This document shows, one piece after another, positions 57,807-64,000 of a DNA stretch of 64,000 nt. The notes below the pieces were generated by a model. That model saw only the letters and a list, made by a program, of their open reading frames with translations, was not told where the DNA came from and searched no databases. The translations under genes were made by a program, and so were the position numbers. Source of the DNA: Minisyncoccota bacterium (GTDB lineage: Bacteria; Patescibacteriota; Minisyncoccia; Phycocordibacterales; SBAW01); contig DASZWN010000002.1 of the NCBI GenBank assembly GCA_035546575.1, positions 96,681-160,680 on the forward strand, read 5' to 3'. Numbering within the stretch: position 1 is the first letter of the stretch; every line of letters begins with the position of its first letter.

Positions 57807-58206
57807 TGGGGAAGTATACGCTTTTAAAAAATACTGCAAATAGGATCTACTTAAATCAAATCAGCCGCCTCCCTTAACAAAAACAATACCGGGGAAGGGG
57901 TTGGGCTGGTTCGAAGCCCTTTATAAGCACATATACGTCGCAAAAGGTATATTGTGCGACGTATAACCTAGAGCGAAGCGGCACTTGCCTGCCTTGATAC
58001 CAACCTTTAATTTTGCCTGCTCCCTACCTTGCGCCAGCCTCTTAAAAATTCTTGTTGGAAGAATTTTTGGTCCATTCTTTTCTCCCTACTTACTTCTTTC
58101 AACCCCTCCCCTGAATTTTTACTTTTTTAGCGGGGGAGCAGGTCGGGCTTTTGGGCAGATAAGTTGTGGAGTATCTCCTACCCTATCCGGTGCTACAATC
58201 TTAGGT

Positions 58207-58512
58207 ATGAACAACCATTTTATTTCATTTGTCAGGATTTTATATACTTCAGTGTTGGTTCTGTTTGGGTTGGCCTTAGTTCCGTATTACGTTGTGATGA
58301 TTTCTGCATCACAGAACGGCCACGGTTCTTTTAGTTTTCTTTCGACGCAGGGCATAGTTCCTGCATTGTTATTCGGATTGCTGCTTGTATCTAGGATTAT
58401 GTATGCACGTTCTCCTAAATGGCTTTTGCTGGGATCGCCAACCATTTTGGCGATAGTTGGTGTCATCGGGTACTTGGTATACGCCGAACTCTTTTTGATA
58501 CCAAGTTTTTAA
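58207..58512 (+). CDS. Small three-TM membrane protein
   Basis: Hydrophobic segments; TACAAT 7 nt upstream of ATG 58207. Confidence 0.6.
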   Translation: MNNHFISFVRILYTSVLVLFGLALVPYYVVMISASQNGHGSFSFLSTQGIVPALLFGLLLVSRIMYARSPKWLLLGSPTILAIVGVIGYLVYAELFLIPSF

Positions 58513-58623
58513 GAAGTCAAAATAATTTCACCCCATCGCATTGTGCGACCTCTGTTCTCATAATTCTATTTGTGCGACGCTTATGCTTAAGCAACGGACG
58601 GCTCGCCTGCTACAATCAGATAC

Positions 58624-59271
58624 ATGTACCGGGATCAGATCCGTGCCCTTCTCTCCCCCGCGGAGCGCTCGGTTTTTACAAAACTATCGACCCCGAATTT
58701 AATTCAAGATTATATAGAAGCACTCCCCCAGAATTTTTCTTATTTGGCGGGGGAGACCCACCGAAGTCCACGTCGGATTTTGAGAAATAAAGCATCTAAA
58801 AAGGCCTACTGTTTTGAGGGGGCGATATTGGCTGCTGCACTACTCGCCTATCATGGCCACAAGCCATTGCTGATGGACCTGCAGACAGCCGATGACGATG
58901 AGGATCACGTTGTAGCGCTTTTTCAGGAAAATAATTTGTGGGGCGCAATCAGCCAGACCAACCATCCGGTCTTGCGCTGGCGCGACCCGGTGTACAAAAC
59001 CGTGCGCGAGCTTGCCATGAGTTACTTCCACGAATACTTTTTGCCGCAGAATGGCAAGAAGACGCTCTATGCGTACTCGGCACCATTTGACCTCTCAAAA
59101 TATAAACCCGCAGATTGGGTTACTATAGAAAAAAGCCTCGATTGGTTGGCCGAAGCCTTAGACGACTCCCGTCACTTCCCCATTGCGCCAAAAAATATCT
59201 TGCGCCAAGCACGCAAAGCAACGATACTTGAAAGAAAAGCATCCAAACTCCAACAATGGAAAAAGAAGTAA
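58624..59271 (+). CDS. Transglutaminase-fold cysteine protease-like protein (vasohibin-like)
   Basis: CFEGAIL..DHVVALF..WGAISQT..LRWRDPVYKTVRELAMSY. Confidence 0.7.
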   Translation: MYRDQIRALLSPAERSVFTKLSTPNLIQDYIEALPQNFSYLAGETHRSPRRILRNKASKKAYCFEGAILAAALLAYHGHKPLLMDLQTADDDEDHVVALFQENNLWGAISQTNHPVLRWRDPVYKTVRELAMSYFHEYFLPQNGKKTLYAYSAPFDLSKYKPADWVTIEKSLDWLAEALDDSRHFPIAPKNILRQARKATILERKASKLQQWKKK

Positions 59272-59311
59272 AAGAAAAAGCCAGTCTTTGGGTGACTGGC
59301 AAACCCTTGTC

Positions 59312-59917
59312 TCACATATGAACCTTGTAAATAGCCGGACGCATCGGCATATGGGGACCTTCGCCCGCTCGCGAAAATTGCGGATGAGAAGGTTTGGAGC
59401 TCTTCTCAAAAGACCGCCACTCCTTGAGCGGAATGCGCCTGAGATGGAGCTGGCCGCGAATGACTGTGATCTGGCAGCGTTGTGGCAAAGCCACGATACA
59501 CTGCCGTGTCCCCTCGGGGTTCCAACCTTTCCTCGGAATTGTCACTTCGAGAAATGCGACATTCTTGTTGGCGTCGGTGACGAGGAACTTCCCGTGCTTG
59601 TTGAAGCGAATATATTCCCCCTGCTTCAGCCTCCACGGAGGATTGTGCCCGCTAATGCGCAAATGCACTACCCCGTGGATAAGCATCAGAGTGGGGAAAG
59701 AACCGCTCGGCGGATTGCCAATCACTTTCATTCCCCCGCCCCGATTTGGCAGAACTTGTATCCTCCGGACCGGCTGTTTGCAGACCGGTGAGGCGCGTTT
59801 GTGGTCGCGGGCAATGAGGTCGACGACTGACATAACATCAGCGGTCGTCTCAAAACTTACATGACCAGTTTTCCCGCATTTCTTGCAGCTCCATTGCTGC
59901 ACCTTTCTCTCGGGCAT
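59312..59917 (-). CDS. Orphan with N-terminal CxxC..H..C putative zinc site
   Basis: AGGAGGAG SD; CKKC..DH..SPVC. Confidence 0.55.
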   Translation of the reverse strand: MPERKVQQWSCKKCGKTGHVSFETTADVMSVVDLIARDHKRASPVCKQPVRRIQVLPNRGGGMKVIGNPPSGSFPTLMLIHGVVHLRISGHNPPWRLKQGEYIRFNKHGKFLVTDANKNVAFLEVTIPRKGWNPEGTRQCIVALPQRCQITVIRGQLHLRRIPLKEWRSFEKSSKPSHPQFSRAGEGPHMPMRPAIYKVHM

Positions 59918-59986
59918 TAGACTCCTCCTGCCTTGTGTTGAACCAGGCGATACTATACAACAAGAAGGCTAATTTAGGAAGCCTCT

Positions 59987-60760
59987 TTAATTCTTCATTC
60001 CGATTCCCTTTTTAAAGAGATATACGGCTACAACGCCAAAACCAATGGTAAAGAGGATCAGCACGCCAAAGCATGTGGCGAGCGGCACATCGGATACTCC
60101 GAGGAATCCGTAGCGGAACGCATTGACCATGTAGAGGATCGGGTTAAAAAGCGAGACCTTCTGCCAAAACTCAGGGAATTGGGAGATCGAGTAAAAAATG
60201 CCGCCCAGGTACGTAAGAGGTGTAAGCACGAAGGTAGGCACAATTGAGATGCCGTCAAAGCCTTTGGCATAAATACCGTTGATGAGCCCGCCAAAAGAGA
60301 ACACCAGCGAAGTGAGTATAATCGCTGCCACAACCACCAGCGCGTTAAAGATAACGAGATGCGTAAAGAAGAGCGATACCGCAAGCACGAACACGCCGAC
60401 AATCAGCCCGCGCAATACTCCCCCGCTCACAAACCCCGCTATCACTACCCAGTCGGGCATCGGCGACACCAAGATCTCGTCGATAGTGCGCGTCCACTTA
60501 GCAAAGTAGAATGTTGAGACTGTGTTGCTGTAGGAGCTCGTGATCACCGCCATCATGATAAGACCCGGCACAATAAACTGTATGTACGAAAAGCCATGTA
60601 TGGGGGCCAGCTGCGAGCCGATAAACGTGCCAAAGACAATAAAGTAGAGCGAGGTAGTAACCACCGGCGGCAAAATTGTCTGCGCCCAGATGCGGAAAAT
60701 ACGCACCGTCTCGCGGCGCATCATAGTGTAGTAGCCTGTCCAGATTTTATACGGGGTCAT
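59987..60760 (-). CDS. ABC-2 transporter permease (YadH-like)
   Basis: QTILPP, YIQFIVPGL, LTPLTYLGGIFYS, NPILYMVNAFRYG; start ATG 60760. Confidence 0.92.
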   Translation of the reverse strand: MTPYKIWTGYYTMMRRETVRIFRIWAQTILPPVVTTSLYFIVFGTFIGSQLAPIHGFSYIQFIVPGLIMMAVITSSYSNTVSTFYFAKWTRTIDEILVSPMPDWVVIAGFVSGGVLRGLIVGVFVLAVSLFFTHLVIFNALVVVAAIILTSLVFSFGGLINGIYAKGFDGISIVPTFVLTPLTYLGGIFYSISQFPEFWQKVSLFNPILYMVNAFRYGFLGVSDVPLATCFGVLILFTIGFGVVAVYLFKKGIGMKN

Positions 60761-61497
60761 ACAGTTTTTGTGTCGCCAATGAGCGAAAGATAAATGTCTT
60801 CGAGCTTTTGGTCGCCGTGGCGCTTTATAAGCGAGTCCATCGTCTCGTTGGCAACGATCTCGCCCTTGTTTATGACCGCTACCGTCCGGCACAGCTGCTC
60901 GGCCTCCTCAAGATAGTGCGTGGTCAAGATAATCGTTGTTCCCTCTTTGTTGATGCGGCGCAAAAACTCCCACATACTTCGGCGCAGCTCGACGTCGACT
61001 CCCGCGGTCGGCTCATCGAGTATGAGTAAGCGCGGCTTGTGAATAAGCGCGCGGGCGATCATGAGGCGGCGCTTCATACCACCCGAGAGCTTTTGTGAGG
61101 CCTCGTTGCGCTTTTCCCACAACCCCAGGTCTTTGAGTACCGACTCGGCGCGCTTGAGCGCCTCTTCGCGCGGGATCCCGTAAAAGCCGGCCTGGTCGAC
61201 CACAATATTGATCACCTTTTCAAAAATATTGAGGTTGAACTCTTGCGGCACGAGCCCGATGTTTACCTTTGCGGCCACAGCCTCGCGATCCACCGGGTGG
61301 CCAAATATCTCAACCTCGCCCTCGCTCTTTACCACGAGTCCGGAGAGTATGCCTATGATAGTGGTCTTCCCTGCCCCGTTGGGGCCCAAGAGCGCAAAAA
61401 AATCCCCCTCCGCAATTGAGAGATTAGCTCCTTTAAGCGCGGTCACGCCGCCTTTGTAGGTCTTTTTGAGGTTATGAACGGAAACTGCCGGGGTCAT
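60757..61497 (-). CDS. ABC transporter ATP-binding protein (YadG-like)
   Basis: GPNGAGKTT, LSGGMKRR, LDEPTAGVD, TTHY. Confidence 0.95.
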   Translation of the reverse strand: MTPAVSVHNLKKTYKGGVTALKGANLSIAEGDFFALLGPNGAGKTTIIGILSGLVVKSEGEVEIFGHPVDREAVAAKVNIGLVPQEFNLNIFEKVINIVVDQAGFYGIPREEALKRAESVLKDLGLWEKRNEASQKLSGGMKRRLMIARALIHKPRLLILDEPTAGVDVELRRSMWEFLRRINKEGTTIILTTHYLEEAEQLCRTVAVINKGEIVANETMDSLIKRHGDQKLEDIYLSLIGDTKTV

Positions 61498-61537
61498 TAA
61501 CCCCGGCAGTATACCATGAACGGTAAAAATCTGGAGA

Positions 61538-61756
61538 CTACATCTTTGGCATGCCCTTGGTCATTGCGAGCATCCAAACGGTTGCGAGGCCTACAAGCAA
61601 GTAGACTGCGCCCTCGATAGTGGTGCCGAGAGAACCAATGAGCATATGGACGACATTCCAGTCTGCCCCGCCCATAAGCCAACCGAGGCCAACGAGACCC
61701 CAGTTAAGACCTCCTATTACGACCAGCCAGTAGCCGATCATTGCAATTGCTTTCAT
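61538..61756 (-). CDS. DUF378 family membrane protein
   Basis: LVVIGGLNWGLVG..VYLLVGLA; start ATG 61756. Confidence 0.88.
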   Translation of the reverse strand: MKAIAMIGYWLVVIGGLNWGLVGLGWLMGGADWNVVHMLIGSLGTTIEGAVYLLVGLATVWMLAMTKGMPKM

Positions 61757-61877
61757 AGTATGAAGAAAATTATGTATGTACGGTATTAGCGGCTCGACCG
61801 CCCGCACCTATAGTATGAGCCCTTCAGGAAGGTTTAAAAGCCCACCCTGTTGATAAGAAATTAGAGTCCGGGTGGCC

Positions 61878-63149
61878 CTAAAGGGTTGGGAGATAGGAAA
61901 GTGGGTTAAGGTAGGCGTTGAGCGGCACGATAGGGATAAACGCGCTCTGGCCGCTGTTGCAAGTGTATTGCTTAAAGGTAACCGCGCTCGCCACATACAC
62001 CGTCAGGTGCAGGTGCGGGCCGGTAGCGTAGCCGGTATCACCCGAGTAGCCGAGCAGATCCCCTGTTGAGACCTGCTGTCCCTTAGTTACCGAAATGCTC
62101 GAGAGGTGCGCGTAAAGCGTTGAAAGACCGTTGGCATGGCGTACCAGCACCCACTTGCCGTATTGGCAATATTTGACTGCGCCTTGATTGATCTCCTGTA
62201 CGGTGCCGTCGAGTGCAGCTTTAACCGGAGTGCCTATCGAGGCGCGGAAGTCGACGCCGTTATGCCCTTGCCCGCTGTATGCGCCCGACTTAGCAAACTC
62301 GGTATTACCAAAGTATTGCGTGATAGCGATGTTATCAAGCGGCCAATGCAGTATGCCGGGCAAGGGCGCAGGTGCGCTGCCGATATCTGCCGGCCCGAGC
62401 CCTTGGGCGAGCTTGATAAGCGCCGCTTCAAAGCTCGCTTGCTCCGCCTGCTTTTGCGCGATGAGCGTTTGATACGCACTCTCTTTATTTTTGGTCTGTT
62501 CTAGCAGGGTGCTCTGCTGCGTTTTAGCAATGGTAAGGCCCTGCTTCTGCTGTCCAAGATTGCTGTTGAGGTTGCTCAGCTCTTTGCGTTTGTCCTCGGC
62601 CGAAAGCTTGTCTGACTCGAGGTCAGTTTTGAGGCCTGAAAGTATATGAATATGATTTTGGAGGTCAGCACGCACCGACTCCAGGCTCGCCTCCTCGTCA
62701 AAAAACGAGGAGAGCGTTCCTCCTGCAAGTAAGGTAATGAGCGAGGGGCGCATATCGAGCGCCTCTAGCTGCCGCAGCGAGTTTGCAACCTGGCTTTGCG
62801 ATACATCGATCTTTTCGGAAGTGTCGGAGATGTTTTCTGCAAGCGTGCTTATCTCGGTGTCTTTTTGTTTTATCTGCGTTTGGGTAAGCGTAATACTTTT
62901 CTGCAGCTTTTGGATATTGAGGTTGAGTGCGGTAATCGCATTCTGTAGCGTCTGCTTTTGCGCCGTCGTTGCGTTAAGGTCTTTTTGGAGCGCGGCAATC
63001 TGGTCTTTAAGCTGCGCTATTTGCGCATTATTGGCGTCTATTTGCGCCTGGATATCGTCTTTAGTGTCAGCATGCGCATAGAGGCTAACTCCTGTTATAG
63101 CGAGCACAAAAAAGCTCGCCACTATAAGCCTACGTACATGCCGCATCAT
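61878..63149 (-). CDS. Secreted coiled-coil M23 peptidase (EnvC/MepM-like)
   Basis: Signal peptide, long coiled coil, HNGVD, YAHL, TGPHLH. Confidence 0.92.
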   Translation of the reverse strand: MMRHVRRLIVASFFVLAITGVSLYAHADTKDDIQAQIDANNAQIAQLKDQIAALQKDLNATTAQKQTLQNAITALNLNIQKLQKSITLTQTQIKQKDTEISTLAENISDTSEKIDVSQSQVANSLRQLEALDMRPSLITLLAGGTLSSFFDEEASLESVRADLQNHIHILSGLKTDLESDKLSAEDKRKELSNLNSNLGQQKQGLTIAKTQQSTLLEQTKNKESAYQTLIAQKQAEQASFEAALIKLAQGLGPADIGSAPAPLPGILHWPLDNIAITQYFGNTEFAKSGAYSGQGHNGVDFRASIGTPVKAALDGTVQEINQGAVKYCQYGKWVLVRHANGLSTLYAHLSSISVTKGQQVSTGDLLGYSGDTGYATGPHLHLTVYVASAVTFKQYTCNSGQSAFIPIVPLNAYLNPLSYLPTL

Positions 63150-63150
63150 G

Positions 63151-64000
63151 TTATTTTATCACAGAGAGAGCCTTGTTGAGCCGCTCCAGCGTGGTTTTTT
63201 TACCCAACAGGCCTGCAAGTGTAAACGGATCAGGAGACTTTTCCTTACCGGAGAGCGCTATGCGCATAGGCCAAAGCACCGAGGCGCGGCCGACCTCGGT
63301 CGCGTATGGGAACACCACTTCTTTTACCGCTTCTGAGGTGAAGCCTTCATCAGAAACGCCCGAGAGCAGCTCAACAGCTTTTGTCAGATAATTTTGTACA
63401 TCGGCGGCCTCGGCTTTAGCCCCTTTAAGCAAAAGGTCTTTGTCGTACATCGGCTCGCCGGAAAGGAAATCAAATTCAGTCTTAAGTATCTGTGCCGCTT
63501 GGCCCAAAGTCTGCGCACGCTCTTTTACCAGGGGCACAAGTGCAGGCTCTACCTCTTGTTGTATAAAGTCTTTCAATCGCTTTGCAAACGCTTCCTCGGA
63601 GAGTTTTTTAATATGCTCATGGTTAACCCAAAGCAATTTCTGCTCATCAAACTTTGCGCCGCTTTTTTGCACGCGCTCGATCGAGAATGCCTGCACCAAC
63701 TCCTCGCGCGAGAATATCTCCTGCTCCCCTTCCGGGTGCCAGCCGAGGAGCGCCAGAAAGTTGACCATCGCCTCGGGCAAGTAGCCCTCGGCACGATATT
63801 CAAGCAGGTCCTTGGCGCCATCGCGCTTGCTGAGCTTTTTGTTGCCGTCGGGGCCCAAAATAACCGGCATGGTGGCAAACTGCGGCGGCACGGCCTCCAG
63901 CGCCTCATACAGCGAGAGGAATTTTGGGGTTGAGGAGATAAACTCTTCGCCGCGCATTACATGCGTCACACCCATCTCGATGTCATCGACAATATGCGCA
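63151..64000 (-). CDS. gltX: Glutamate--tRNA ligase, 5' partial
   Basis: THVMRGEE, KLSKR, GYLPEAMVNFLALLGW, RIALSG..SP. Confidence 0.95.
   Translation of the reverse strand, partial: AHIVDDIEMGVTHVMRGEEFISSTPKFLSLYEALEAVPPQFATMPVILGPDGNKKLSKRDGAKDLLEYRAEGYLPEAMVNFLALLGWHPEGEQEIFSREELVQAFSIERVQKSGAKFDEQKLLWVNHEHIKKLSEEAFAKRLKDFIQQEVEPALVPLVKERAQTLGQAAQILKTEFDFLSGEPMYDKDLLLKGAKAEAADVQNYLTKAVELLSGVSDEGFTSEAVKEVVFPYATEVGRASVLWPMRIALSGKEKSPDPFTLAGLLGKKTTLERLNKALSVIK

Noticed and set aside
61808-61860. CTTATCAACAGGGTGG resembling the start of a SAM-I riboswitch (minus strand)
   Set aside because: The remaining SAM-I elements are absent.
1-64000. CRISPR array, integron, prophage, IS element or alternative genetic code
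   Set aside because: No regularly spaced repeats, integrase, transposase or phage structural genes seen; TGA ends intact genes (for example fmt, nth and mreB 20711), consistent with code 11.

Overview
Chromosomal window of a small-genome bacterium; gene content and order fit a Patescibacteria/CPR (Parcubacteria-like) organism, which is an inference from gene content only. Most of it is housekeeping: fmt/def, murA, two mreB, mreC, mreD-like, PBP2, holB-like, nth, frr, rseP, proS, greA, class I lysS, mraZ-rsmH-ftsL-ftsI-murF, rarA, rmuC, rplU, recR, dnaB, cysS, corA, ctpA, rplI, rpmA, an ABC-2 pair, an M23 peptidase, gltX and three tRNAs (Asn-GTT, Glu-CTC, Pro-GGG). I saw no CRISPR array, integrase or transposase. 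The most notable signals are mostly non-coding. (1) Two expression grammars: about 20 mostly conserved genes have a TAnnnT -10 box only 6-8 nt before the start codon and no Shine-Dalgarno (likely leaderless), whereas about 15 scattered orphan genes carry SD motifs and often their own terminators. (2) Two unannotated structured RNA candidates with about 146-nt folded cores, each with its own sigma70 promoter and terminator (16437-16694 minus, 23036-23342 plus). (3) A REP-like palindrome that is 20 nt between genes but 21 nt and in frame inside two coding sequences. (4) A TrpR/YerC-like gene bracketed by identical palindromes. (5) Two related hairpin elements with a compensatory base change flanking recR. 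There are also several small ORFs missed by the ORF track (one metallothionein-like, several Cys-rich), an endonuclease III lacking its Fe-S cysteines, and a vasohibin-like protease. All family calls are from motif recognition by eye; no searches or folding programs were run.
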